This document shows, piece after piece, positions 1 through 9,073 of a DNA stretch of 64,000 nt (within the stretch, counting starts at the first letter, position 1; every line of letters starts with the position of its first letter). The translations under genes and the position numbers were made by a program. The notes beneath the pieces are model-generated. The model was given only the letters and a program-made list of their open reading frames with translations, had not been told where the DNA came from and searched no databases. Origin of the DNA: an uncultured Actinomycetota bacterium (GTDB lineage Bacteria; Actinomycetota; UBA4738; HRBIN12); NCBI GenBank assembly GCA_963788925.1, contig CAWBIH010000002.1, forward strand, positions 580,478 to 644,477, read 5' to 3'.

Positions 1-812
1 TGTTCCAGGACGCGGGTATCGACCTCCCGCAGGATGGCTGGGCGTGGGAGGAAATGGTTGCGTCGGCGAAGACGCTCACCCGCGGAGATGGGGATGGACC
101 CGTCGACACGCACGGCCTCGGCGTGGATCCCGAGATCATCCGCGTCGCACCATTCATCTGGTCCAACGGAGGGCGGCTGGTCGACGACGAGGCGTCGCCG
201 ACCCGGTTCGCCCTGGACGGGGAAGCGGTCGCCGCGCTCGACCGATTCTTCGACCTCCGGACCGCCGGCGTCACCCCCACGGACGAGGAGGCGGAGGCCG
301 AGGACTTCGTGAGCCGGTTCCTGAACGGTCGTCTCGGCATGCTGATGGAGTCGCGGCGCGTGGTCCCCACGCTCCGGACGATCACCGACTTCGAGTGGGA
401 CGTGGTCGGTGTGCCGACGCTCGGTACGCCCGCCTCGGTCCTGCACTCCGACGCGTACTGCATGACGGAGGGGTCGGACGCCAAGGACGAGGCGTGGCGG
501 TTCATGGAGTTCGCACTGGGGCCCGAGGGGCAGGGGATCGCATCGGAGGCCGGCCGGACGGTGCCGTCGCTGCGGTCGGTGGCGGAGAGCTCCTCCTTCC
601 TCGACCCGGACGCGCCTCCCGCGAACGCGCAGGCGTTTCTCGACCAGATCCCGTTCCTCCGATCCGTCCCCAACATCTCGACCTGGCCGGAGATCGAGGA
701 CGCGGCGAACGGGTTGCTCGAGGAGGCGTACTACGGCGGAGGATCGGGTCTCGAGGTCGCGGTGGAACTCGAGACCCAGACCCGCGACCTGTTCGCCCGC
801 GCAGAGGTCTGA
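1..812 (+). CDS. ABC transporter substrate-binding protein (family-1, sugar type), C-terminal part; 5' end outside window
   Basis: Frame is open from the window edge to TGA 810-812. Translation resembles the C-terminal lobe of sugar/polyol solute-binding proteins. Its stop overlaps the ATG of the downstream permease (ATGA). Confidence 0.65.
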   Translation, partial: FQDAGIDLPQDGWAWEEMVASAKTLTRGDGDGPVDTHGLGVDPEIIRVAPFIWSNGGRLVDDEASPTRFALDGEAVAALDRFFDLRTAGVTPTDEEAEAEDFVSRFLNGRLGMLMESRRVVPTLRTITDFEWDVVGVPTLGTPASVLHSDAYCMTEGSDAKDEAWRFMEFALGPEGQGIASEAGRTVPSLRSVAESSSFLDPDAPPANAQAFLDQIPFLRSVPNISTWPEIEDAANGLLEEAYYGGGSGLEVAVELETQTRDLFARAEV

Positions 813-1696
813 TGGACACCGGTGATCGCCGGGTCCTGTGGCTCATGGCGACGCCGTTCCTCGTGGGCGTGATCGCGCTCGTCCTGTTGCCGGCGTTCGG
901 ATCGCTCGCCATGTCGTTCTACGAATGGGACCTGGTGCGGCGCCCGCGCTTCGTCGGCTTGGCCAACGTGCGGGAGCTGATCGGCGACCCCGTCTTCCGG
1001 ATCTCCCTTCGGAACTCGCTGCTCTACGCGGCCGCCGCCGTGCCGATCCGGCTCCTCGGAGCGCTCGGGATCGCGCTGGTGCTCCACCGGCGCGGCCGGC
1101 TGCAAGCGGCCGGCCGCGTCGCGGTCCTGATCCCGAGCGTGATGCCGGACGCCGCGTACGCGTTGGTCTGGCTGTGGATCCTCAACCCCGTGTACGGGCC
1201 GCTCAACCTCGCTCTCGGGACTACCGGCCTGCCGACGCCGTCGTGGCTCACGCAGGGGACACCCGCCCGGTGGGCCGTGGTCATCATGGGCGCGTTCCAG
1301 CTCGGCGAGGGTGCCCTGATCGCGCTCATCGCCCGAAGCCACGTGCCCCAGGAGCTACACGAGATCGCGGCGATCAACGGGGCGGGGCGGTGGAGCCGGT
1401 TCGCCCGTGTCACCCTCCCGATCATGGCCCCGGCGTTGCTGTTGATCGTGGCGCGCGACACGATCCTCAGCCTGCAGGCGACGTTCGCGCCCGCGCTGAT
1501 CGTGACCGAAGGTGGGCCGCCTCCGTACGCGACGACCTACCTCCCCCTGTTCGTCTTCCGGAACGCGTTCGAGTACCTCCGCTACGGGTACGCGTCGGCG
1601 GCCACGGCCGTGATGCTGATCCTCACCGCCTCGATCCTGTGGCTGCAGTACCGCGCCGTCATGTGGTGGCGAGGTCGACTCGGATACCCTGCTTGA
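812..1696 (+). CDS. ABC sugar transporter permease (MalF/UgpA-like, EAA motif)
   Basis: ATG at 812 overlaps the upstream stop. Six predicted TM segments and an EAA-like loop (EIAAINGAGRWSRFARVTLPIMAP). No second permease or ATPase follows. Confidence 0.8.
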   Translation: MDTGDRRVLWLMATPFLVGVIALVLLPAFGSLAMSFYEWDLVRRPRFVGLANVRELIGDPVFRISLRNSLLYAAAAVPIRLLGALGIALVLHRRGRLQAAGRVAVLIPSVMPDAAYALVWLWILNPVYGPLNLALGTTGLPTPSWLTQGTPARWAVVIMGAFQLGEGALIALIARSHVPQELHEIAAINGAGRWSRFARVTLPIMAPALLLIVARDTILSLQATFAPALIVTEGGPPPYATTYLPLFVFRNAFEYLRYGYASAATAVMLILTASILWLQYRAVMWWRGRLGYPA

Positions 1697-1702
1697 GGTC
1701 GT

Positions 1703-2737
1703 TCACATCCAGGGCGGCGCGTGGAGTCCAGGGGTCGCGAGGAGGAGCCAGCGGAGCCGACCGAGCGCCGACGGGTCGACCAACAGGGTCGCGCGACTCC
1801 GTCCGCTCCACGCTCTCACCGCGTCGACCCCTTCCCGGCGGTCGAGGAGATCGGCTTGCAAGCGCAGCTGTTCGTGAACCCATCGGTCGAAGCCGAGCGC
1901 GGTGAGCGCGTGGCGCTGCGTCACGCTGGGGAAGGCGATCAGGCCATGCTTCTCCGCGTGTGCCCCGATGAGCTCGAAGTCGAGTCCGGAAGTGATGTCG
2001 GTCATGCCGGGCCGGTTCAGGAGGTCCTCGACCGGCCGGTGCTCGCGATAGCCGTGCGGTGGCCCGCCCGGCTCGCCCACCCCGCCGTAGTCGATCAGGA
2101 GCGCGTAGCCCGGGTGGGCGAGCCGGGCAGCGATCTCCTCGATGGATGCGAGCGCTCCCTCGGGAAGCACGGTTTCCTCTCCGTCTCCGAGGGCGACGTC
2201 GTCGCCCGACGACGGTTCGCCGAGGTGTTCGATGAGTCGGTTCCCATCGAGCCCGACCATGACCTCCTTCGTCCCCGAGGCCGTGCCTCGGAGACGGCGG
2301 AACGGGAGGTTGTCCATCAGCTCGTTCGCGAGGATCAGCTGCGGAGACGCCTCCAGGCGCTCCGCGACCTGGATCCCGTCGATCGCATCGAGCGCCCGGC
2401 GAGCGCCTGGACTCGTCTCGACCGCCGTGTAGGCAACGTCCAGGTCCCGGAGGTGGTCGACGAGCTGTCGAGCCAGCGTGCCGTCGCCCGCTCCGACCTC
2501 CGTCACGCGGAAGGGGCGGGGTTCGCCGAGCCGGCCGTGCAGATCCACGATGGCGAGTCCGAGCAGCTCGGCGAACACGGGGTGGACGTGCGGGCTCGTC
2601 ACGAAATGACCGTCGGGACCGATCGGTGGCTGTTCGAAGAAGCCTCCCGAGCCGTAGAGCGCGAGCTCCATGTATTCGGCGAAGGTGATGGGGCCGCGTT
2701 CCCGGATCGCGCTCGCGATGGCGTCGCGCACGTCCAC
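1703..2737 (-). CDS. Class I SAM-dependent methyltransferase, MidA/NDUFAF7 (DUF185) family
   Basis: 344-aa ORF with GTG start. MidA-like N-terminus (PITFAEYMELALYGSGGFF) and Rossmann motif (EVGAGDGTLARQL). Confidence 0.75.
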   Translation of the reverse strand: MDVRDAIASAIRERGPITFAEYMELALYGSGGFFEQPPIGPDGHFVTSPHVHPVFAELLGLAIVDLHGRLGEPRPFRVTEVGAGDGTLARQLVDHLRDLDVAYTAVETSPGARRALDAIDGIQVAERLEASPQLILANELMDNLPFRRLRGTASGTKEVMVGLDGNRLIEHLGEPSSGDDVALGDGEETVLPEGALASIEEIAARLAHPGYALLIDYGGVGEPGGPPHGYREHRPVEDLLNRPGMTDITSGLDFELIGAHAEKHGLIAFPSVTQRHALTALGFDRWVHEQLRLQADLLDRREGVDAVRAWSGRSRATLLVDPSALGRLRWLLLATPGLHAPPWM

Positions 2738-2775
2738 GAGCTCCAGGGTACGGGCTCCTGGGTAGCATCGAACCC

Positions 2776-3420
2776 GTGAGTGAGGTCATCCGCCAGGCGG
2801 CATCCGTGATCGGGGTTCGCGATGGCTCGGATGGACCGGAGGTCCTGGTCATCGAACGAACGCTCGATCACCGGTTCCTGCCCGGGTATGTCGCCTTCCC
2901 GGGAGGGGCCGTCGACCCTGCCGACTCGAGCCTGGCAAAGCGCTGGTTCGGCGACGCGAACGAGGCCTCGCGCGCGGCCGCGATCCGCGAGCTGGTCGAA
3001 GAGGTGGGGCTGGCGGTGACGTCGGAGGCGATCGTCGATGTCGACCGCGATCGCCCTCTGGCGCGGATCCACGACGCCCCTCCTCCCATCGCACGACTCC
3101 CCGAGGTCGCCAGGTGGATCGCGCCCGAGCAGGTGCCGGTTCGCTTCGACGCTCGCTACTACGCGGCGCGGATGGACGAGGCGGCGGATCCCGTGGCGGA
3201 CGGCGTCGAGGCGGCGAAGGCCTGGTGGGCGTCGCCGCGCTCGCTGATGTCGGCGTGGGAGTCCGAGGAGGTCCTGTTCTACTGGCCCACCCACTTCACG
3301 ATGAGCGCGCTCGCGGACTGTCGCGACGCGGAAGAGGTGCTCCGGCTACAGATCTCTACCCGTGAACCCGACGACGACGAGCTCGGTCGGCTGCCCCGCT
3401 CGGTCTTCTCTCAAGACTGA
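2776..3420 (+). CDS. Nudix hydrolase (CoA-pyrophosphatase-like)
   Basis: Nudix box GGAVDPADSSLAKRWFGDANEASRAAAIRELVEEVG. GTG start. Stop overlaps the start of the next gene. Confidence 0.75.
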   Translation: MSEVIRQAASVIGVRDGSDGPEVLVIERTLDHRFLPGYVAFPGGAVDPADSSLAKRWFGDANEASRAAAIRELVEEVGLAVTSEAIVDVDRDRPLARIHDAPPPIARLPEVARWIAPEQVPVRFDARYYAARMDEAADPVADGVEAAKAWWASPRSLMSAWESEEVLFYWPTHFTMSALADCRDAEEVLRLQISTREPDDDELGRLPRSVFSQD

Positions 3421-4283
3421 TGATCCCGGTCAGGAGAGTGCTCGCTCCGAACCCCGGCGTGTACACGCTGGAGGGTACGAACACGTGGATCGTCGGGAGC
3501 GAGCCGTCGATCGTGATCGATCCCGGACCCGACATGCCCCAGCATCTGACCGGTGTCGCACTTGAGGCCGGCCGGGTGGGCGCCGTCCTGGTCACTCACG
3601 ACCATCCGGACCACGCGCCCGGTGCGGCCCCCTTCGCCGAGCTCGTGGGCGCACCCCTGTATGCCTACCGGCTGCCCGGGGCGGAGGCCCTCCGCACCGG
3701 CCAGCGCGTGCGCGCCGGCGCCCTCGACATCACCGCGGTTCACACGCCCGGACACACCTCGGATCACCTGGCGTTCTTCGAGCCCGACAGCGGCGCCCTG
3801 TTCACAGGCGATGCGGTGATGGGCCGAGGCACCAGCTTCATCGATCCTCCGGACGGGGAGCTCGTCTCGTACCTCCGATCGCTCAAGCGTATGGCGGAGC
3901 TCGGCGCGAGAACGATCTATCCGGGCCACGGGCCGGTCGTACTCCGGGCGCGAGACAAGCTCATCGAGTACCTCGCGCATCGTGATGAGCGGGAGACGCA
4001 GGTGTTGGCGGCACTCGCGGACGGACCGCGCACGATCGCGGAGATGGTCGAGGTGATCTACGCCGACCATCCGAAGGCGGTGCGACCGTTGGCTGCACGT
4101 TCGGTCCTTGCACACCTGTTGAAGCTCGTCGATGAGGGGCGGGCTGAACGCATCGGCAAGGCGGACGACGGTCCGTGGGTCGCTTCCACGCCGAGGACGT
4201 GTCAGCGCTGCGGCCGGACGGTCAAGGGCAAGGCCCGGTACTGCAGCTCATGCTCCCTCGCGATGCTCCAGGCCGAGGGGTAG
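3420..4283 (+). CDS. MBL-fold metallo-hydrolase with C-terminal zinc-ribbon
   Basis: THDHPDH metal-binding motif. C-terminal CQRCGRTVKGKARYCSSCS zinc ribbon. Start overlaps the Nudix stop (TGATG). Confidence 0.8.
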   Translation: MIPVRRVLAPNPGVYTLEGTNTWIVGSEPSIVIDPGPDMPQHLTGVALEAGRVGAVLVTHDHPDHAPGAAPFAELVGAPLYAYRLPGAEALRTGQRVRAGALDITAVHTPGHTSDHLAFFEPDSGALFTGDAVMGRGTSFIDPPDGELVSYLRSLKRMAELGARTIYPGHGPVVLRARDKLIEYLAHRDERETQVLAALADGPRTIAEMVEVIYADHPKAVRPLAARSVLAHLLKLVDEGRAERIGKADDGPWVASTPRTCQRCGRTVKGKARYCSSCSLAMLQAEG

Positions 4284-4848
4284 GAGCACCTTCCCGTCGG
4301 GTGCGTCGGCCGGGCGGATCACGTAGCGTCCGCGCCTCCTCTCCACGCGTCCGGCCGCCGCGAGCTCGGCCAACGCCCGATTGACGCTCTCCCTGGTGGC
4401 ACCCGTCAATCCGGCGAGGTGCTCCTGCGTGAGGGGCAGCTCCAGACAGCGCCCTCCCGGAACCGGCCGGCCGAATCGATCGGCGAGGTCGTCCAGCCTG
4501 GCGGCGAGGCGATCCCCGATCCGGATCCCAGGCGACCGAGCAAGCGAGCCATGCCGCACGGCGCGAGCGCCGGGCGAGGCCGTCGCGGAGGGCGATCGGC
4601 CCGGCCGGGAAGAGTCCGCTCGTCACGAGCGCCCGAACCGATGCGTCCGCCGTCCAGGCGACAGGACCTCCTACGAGGTCACCCGGCCCCAGGACGTCGA
4701 GCGCCAGCCGATGCCCTTCGGGGTCGACCAGCTCCATCAAGAGCGCCCCGTATCGAACCACCCACGCATCGGGATAGGGCTCGCCCTGGGCGATGACCTC
4801 CCGCTCGGGGTGGACATCGAACACGAGGGGGAGTGGGTCCTTGGCCAT
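4248..4848 (-). CDS. Crp/Fnr-family transcriptional regulator with an apparent frameshift near 4560-4600 (possible pseudogene or sequencing error)
   Basis: ATG at 4848. The N-terminal cNMP-binding beta-roll (VIAQGEPYPDAWVV...GPGDLVGG) is in one frame. The dimerisation helix plus HTH (LAARLDDLADRFG...LPLTQEHLAGLTGATRESVNRALAELAAAG) is in a second frame that ends at 4248. The switch falls around 4560-4600. Confidence 0.55.
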
Positions 4849-4870
4849 GGTCACCACGCCACCACTCCTT

Positions 4871-4904
4871 CGTGTCGGCGACCCTAACGACGGTCGCCGA
4901 CACG
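4871..4904. promoter_or_regulatory. 13-bp perfect inverted repeat CGTGTCGGCGACC-N8-GGTCGCCGACACG in the crp-like / cNMP-gene divergent intergenic region
   Basis: Arms 4871-4883 and 4892-4904. Lies between divergent starts at 4848 (minus) and 4958 (plus). Confidence 0.45.
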
Positions 4905-4957
4905 CGCGGGCGGCGAACCCGTTAGGCTTGCTGCGCTGCGTTCCCGAGGAGGTCACG

Positions 4958-5380
4958 TTGGCGAAGGCCAAGCTCGATGCCATCATCGCGGCGGTGCCGC
5001 TGTTCGAGTCCCTTTCCAAGCGGCATCTGAAGAAGATCGCGGGACTGACGTCAACCGTCGAATTCAACGCGGGGGACACGGTCATCCAAGAAGGCGAGCC
5101 GGGAGACTCGTTCTTCGTCGCGGTTTCCGGGCAAGCCAAGGTCGTGTCCGGCGGCAGGACGCTCCACCGTTTGATCCCCGGGGATCACTTCGGCGAGATC
5201 TCACTGCTCGACGGGCGCCCGCGATCGGCATCGGTGGTCGCCGAGACTCCGCTGTCGCTCCTTCGGCTCACGCGAGCCTCGTTCCTCCGCCTGGTCAAAG
5301 AGGACGCCGATCTCGCGCGCGCGCTCCTCGCATCGTTGGCGAGGATGGTCCGCCGGGTCGACCGTTCACTCGCCCGTTGA
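4958..5380 (+). CDS. Stand-alone cyclic-nucleotide-binding domain protein (~140 aa)
   Basis: TTG start at 4958 preceded by GAGGAGG at 4946-4952. cNMP-binding signature (FFVAVSGQAKVV...GDHFGEISLLDGRPRSASVVA). Divergent from the Crp-like gene. Confidence 0.6.
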   Translation: MAKAKLDAIIAAVPLFESLSKRHLKKIAGLTSTVEFNAGDTVIQEGEPGDSFFVAVSGQAKVVSGGRTLHRLIPGDHFGEISLLDGRPRSASVVAETPLSLLRLTRASFLRLVKEDADLARALLASLARMVRRVDRSLAR

Positions 5381-5811
5381 GCCCGCTCCGGGTCGAGTTC
5401 CATCCGCTTCAGGAACCCACCGAGCCTGCGCCTCCGCAGGCTCCGCCCGGCCCGCCCCCACCTCCCCCGCCCCCGCCACCCGCGGTCGCGTCGGCGACGT
5501 GGCTGGGGGGCCGAGCCGTCGTGGAGGCGGACGATCCGGAGCTCAAGGCATCGATCGAACGGGCGTTCCGCCCGATCCCGGTCGTCGTCGACGATCCATC
5601 GCTGCGATACCCCGGGACGAGCGGTGAGTCGGTCCTGCAACCCGGTGACCTCGGATGGTTCCGGGCCGTCGCGCAGATCCGCGTTCCTGCCGAGACGGGC
5701 CTGGTCGCGCGGTCCGTTCCCGGCGTGACCGTCGGCGGCTACGACCCTGCTGCGAACTACCGCCGGTTCCCGGAACAGATCGAACGTCTCGTGTCCCACG
5801 CGGCGGACTGA
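5377..5811 (+). CDS. Hypothetical proline-rich protein (poly-Pro tract)
   Basis: TTG start overlapping the stop of the cNMP gene. High GC3 throughout. Contains PPGPPPPPPPPPP. No recognisable domain. Confidence 0.4.
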   Translation: MSPLRVEFHPLQEPTEPAPPQAPPGPPPPPPPPPPAVASATWLGGRAVVEADDPELKASIERAFRPIPVVVDDPSLRYPGTSGESVLQPGDLGWFRAVAQIRVPAETGLVARSVPGVTVGGYDPAANYRRFPEQIERLVSHAAD

Positions 5812-5815
5812 GGGT

Positions 5816-8800
5816 TCACTCCTCCTGCGCCGTCCACGCGCGGCCGGCCTCGCAGAACGACAGGAAGTCGCAGTGGTGGCACCATTGGCCGGGGATCGGA
5901 TCGAACGCTCCCGCGCCGATCGACCGGAGCGACTCCGCGACACGGGCCCGCACCTCGTCAGGATCGCCCATCGGATGGGAGACCTCCTCCCCACCGGCCA
6001 GGTACAGGTAGGTGAGCGTGAGGTCCTCGGCGCGCTTCCCCCAGACCTCGATGCTCGCGAGGCCGTAGAGCTCGAGCTGGAGTCCCGCGAGTGGGTCGTC
6101 CGCTGACGGACGTCGTCCGGTCTTCCAATCGACGATCTCCCACGGCGCCTCGACCGACTCGCCGAACACCGCGTCGATCCGTCCCGACACGGCGAACCCT
6201 TCCATCCGGAGGAGGAATGCACGTTCCGCGAACAGCGGGACCTTCCCCGCGAATCGGCTGGCGAGGAACGCCTGCCGCAGCCGATCGACCTTGCCCGGCT
6301 TATCCGCCAGCTCTTCGGAGGTGAGGTCGGGAGAGTCGTCGAGCTCGAGGAGTTGCCCCTGTCCCGATGAGCGCCGCTCGATCCAGCGATGGATCTCGGT
6401 GCCGATCCGCGCGGCAGGTCCGGAGAAGCGTGGAAGCGGCCGCACCGACGTCCAGTAGAACCGCTTCGGGCAGCGGGCATAGTCGATGACGCCACCGACG
6501 GAGACGGACTGCGGGGGGGCGACCTCGCGACCTGTGCCCTCCGCCTCCTCGCGTTCTCTCAGATGCAGCGCCAGCCCGCGGCGATCCGCCGAGAGCCGAT
6601 CCAATGCCTCCCGTTGCTCCTCATCGAGTGGGTCCAGGAGCGACTCCTGCACGCCGCCGTCGTCGCTCGCGACGACCGCGGCGTGTCGCCACCCCTCCGG
6701 GAACACGGCATCCGATCCTGCGGGAAGCGCAGGACCGGGCCAGTCTCGAACGAACCGTTCGCGGTAGCCCAGGATCGGGTTGTTCTCCTCGTCGATGTCG
6801 GCGCCCGGATCCCACGTCGCGTGCTTGGTCTCCATGACCCAGTCCTTGAGCTCGCGGAGGAACGGCCCGGCTTCCTTGGCGCGAAGGTTCTCCGCGTACC
6901 AGTGGGCGCCGGTGACGTGCAGGGTCCGGCGGGCGCGGGTCATGGCGACGTACGCGGTCCGCCGTTCCTCGTACTCCTCCTGCTTCTTCAGGTCTTTCTT
7001 GAACGCCGACAGGTTGCCGTCGTAGCGAGGGAGGTACGAGGCGTCGCCTCGGAGCTCGAAGTCCATCGACTTGCCGCGCTCGGCCGGATTGTGCTGGATC
7101 GTCGTGTTGGGCAGGAGGCCGTTCGCGAGACCCGGCACGAAGACGTGATCGAACTCGAGCCCCTTCGCGACGTGGATCGTCATCACCTTGACCGAGTCCT
7201 CCTCCGAGGGTTGGACCGGCGACCATTCCTGCTTGTCGAGGTTCTCGACGGCGTCGACGTACTCGAGGAACGCGCGCAGCGTGAGCTCGCCCTGGACGGG
7301 CGAGAACGCGTGGACCTCGTCGAGGAACGCCGCGAGGTTGCGCCGCGCCGTCGCGGCCGACGCCACGTCCAGATGTGCGTCGAGCTCGGTGAGTATCCCG
7401 GTCCGCCGGATGATCTCGCCGAGGAACTCACCGACCGGGCGGCGCGCTTCGACTCGGAGTGCCGCCAGTTCCTGGCGGCACTCCTCGAGGCGTGCCCGCC
7501 CCTCCTCCGAGATCCCCTCGACCTCCTCGAGGTGTTCCAGCGCCTCCGCGAAGAGGAAGGGGGTGGCTTCGCCCTCGGCTTCGTCCTCCTCGCGGAGGGC
7601 ATAGCTCTTGTTCTTGGCCAGCGAAGCCACCAGCGCCAGGTCCTTGAAGCCGACCCGGTACCGGGGTCCCAGGAGGATCCTGCCGAGCGCGACGCTGGCC
7701 AACGGGTCCAGCGTCGCGCGCGCGTACGCGAGCACTTCGACCACCTCGGGCATCTTGAGCAACCCGGCGAGCCCGAGGATCTCCGCCGGCACCCCTCGCT
7801 CCTTGAAGGCCTGCTGCAGGGAAAGGAACAGTCGCGAGGTGCGACACAACACGGCGCAGTCCGACCAGGCCGCGCCGGCTTCGTGCAGCGCGACGATGCG
7901 ATCCGCGACCCACGCGGCCTCTTTCACCTCGTCCGAGATGCGGGCCACGTGGACCTCCCCGGTCCCGTTCTCCTCCCAGGGGACGAGTCGCTTGTCCGGG
8001 TCGGGACGCTGCTGCGCGGGGAGCTCACCGATCAGGACGTCCGCGGCCTCCAGGATCCGAGCGCCCGAGCGGAAGTTCGTGTAGAGAGGAAGCTTGGTCG
8101 CCTCGGTACCGTCGGCCTTCCGGAACTGATTCGGGAACTCGAGCAGGTTGAACAACGATGCCCCGCGCCACGCATAGATGTTCTGATCCGGATCACCGAC
8201 TGCCGTCACCGGGTGTCCGTCGCCGAAGACACCCGCCATCAGCCGGGCCTGTGCCACGTTGGTGTCCTGGTACTCGTCGAGGAGCACCGCGGCGAAGCGA
8301 TCGCGATACTGGCGCGCGACCTCAGGGTGCTGCTCGACGATGTTGAGCGCGAGCTCGATCTGATCGCCGAAGTCGATCACGCCGAGCTCCCGCTTGAGCT
8401 CTCGGAAGACGGCGCATGCCCTCGCCAGTTCGATGCGCTCTCTCGCGGAGCCATACGCGCGATCGGAGCGATGATCCTTGAGCTCCTCGAGCCGGTGTTC
8501 GTTGAACTCGACGATCTCGTCGGGGGATCGGAAGTGATTGGCTGCCTGATCGTCGAGGGTCAGGATCCGATCGACGACTCCTGGGAGCCGTTGGGCTTCG
8601 ACGACCTCGAAGGTCATCCGATCGAGGACCCGAGCGCAGAGCTCGACCCGCTGTGCCGGTGTCAGGACCCTCTGGTTGGGCTCGATCCCGATCAACACGC
8701 CGTGACGATCGAGGAGCTGGGCCGCGAACCCGTGGTAGTTGGTGATCTCGGGCTCCTCGCCGTCGGGGAGATCGAGACCGGCCAGCGCGCGGCGGACCCG

Positions 8801-9073
8801 CTGCTGCAGGTTCTCCGTGGCCTTGTTGGTGAACGTCAGGCAGAGCACGTTGCCGGGGAGGACGCCCTGATGATCCGCGGGGAGCCGTCCCAGCGCCACG
8901 AGCGCGAGATAGACCACGCGCGCCGCCATGACGGAGGTCTTCCCCGACCCGGCGCCTGCGACCAGCACGTACGGCTCGAGGGGCCACGTGATCGCGCGCC
9001 ACTGCTCCTCCGTGGGAGCCCGCCCGCCGAGGACGTCGAGGATCTCCTGCGGATACGTCGTGGTCGCGCTCAT
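5816..9073 (-). CDS. adnB: AdnB-like ATP-dependent helicase-nuclease subunit (UvrD/Rep motor + C-terminal RecB-type PD-(D/E)XK nuclease with Cys cluster)
   Basis: Walker A GAGSGKTS. UvrD motifs throughout. C-terminal nuclease motifs (GRIDAVFG...IVDWKTG...QLELYGLA) and CxxC...C cluster (CHHCDFLSFC). ATG at 9073 overlaps the stop of the upstream gene (ATGA). Confidence 0.8.
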   Translation of the reverse strand: MSATTTYPQEILDVLGGRAPTEEQWRAITWPLEPYVLVAGAGSGKTSVMAARVVYLALVALGRLPADHQGVLPGNVLCLTFTNKATENLQQRVRRALAGLDLPDGEEPEITNYHGFAAQLLDRHGVLIGIEPNQRVLTPAQRVELCARVLDRMTFEVVEAQRLPGVVDRILTLDDQAANHFRSPDEIVEFNEHRLEELKDHRSDRAYGSARERIELARACAVFRELKRELGVIDFGDQIELALNIVEQHPEVARQYRDRFAAVLLDEYQDTNVAQARLMAGVFGDGHPVTAVGDPDQNIYAWRGASLFNLLEFPNQFRKADGTEATKLPLYTNFRSGARILEAADVLIGELPAQQRPDPDKRLVPWEENGTGEVHVARISDEVKEAAWVADRIVALHEAGAAWSDCAVLCRTSRLFLSLQQAFKERGVPAEILGLAGLLKMPEVVEVLAYARATLDPLASVALGRILLGPRYRVGFKDLALVASLAKNKSYALREEDEAEGEATPFLFAEALEHLEEVEGISEEGRARLEECRQELAALRVEARRPVGEFLGEIIRRTGILTELDAHLDVASAATARRNLAAFLDEVHAFSPVQGELTLRAFLEYVDAVENLDKQEWSPVQPSEEDSVKVMTIHVAKGLEFDHVFVPGLANGLLPNTTIQHNPAERGKSMDFELRGDASYLPRYDGNLSAFKKDLKKQEEYEERRTAYVAMTRARRTLHVTGAHWYAENLRAKEAGPFLRELKDWVMETKHATWDPGADIDEENNPILGYRERFVRDWPGPALPAGSDAVFPEGWRHAAVVASDDGGVQESLLDPLDEEQREALDRLSADRRGLALHLREREEAEGTGREVAPPQSVSVGGVIDYARCPKRFYWTSVRPLPRFSGPAARIGTEIHRWIERRSSGQGQLLELDDSPDLTSEELADKPGKVDRLRQAFLASRFAGKVPLFAERAFLLRMEGFAVSGRIDAVFGESVEAPWEIVDWKTGRRPSADDPLAGLQLELYGLASIEVWGKRAEDLTLTYLYLAGGEEVSHPMGDPDEVRARVAESLRSIGAGAFDPIPGQWCHHCDFLSFCEAGRAWTAQEE

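Noticed and set aside
3411-4115. 234-aa minus-strand ORF
   Set aside because: It is antisense to the MBL-fold hydrolase gene, which has a THDHPDH motif.
4871-4904. Canonical CRP box interpretation of the inverted repeat
   Set aside because: The arms are 13 bp with a 22-nt half-site separation (GTGTC...GACAC). This does not fit TGTGA-N6-TCACA. It is reported as a generic operator candidate instead.
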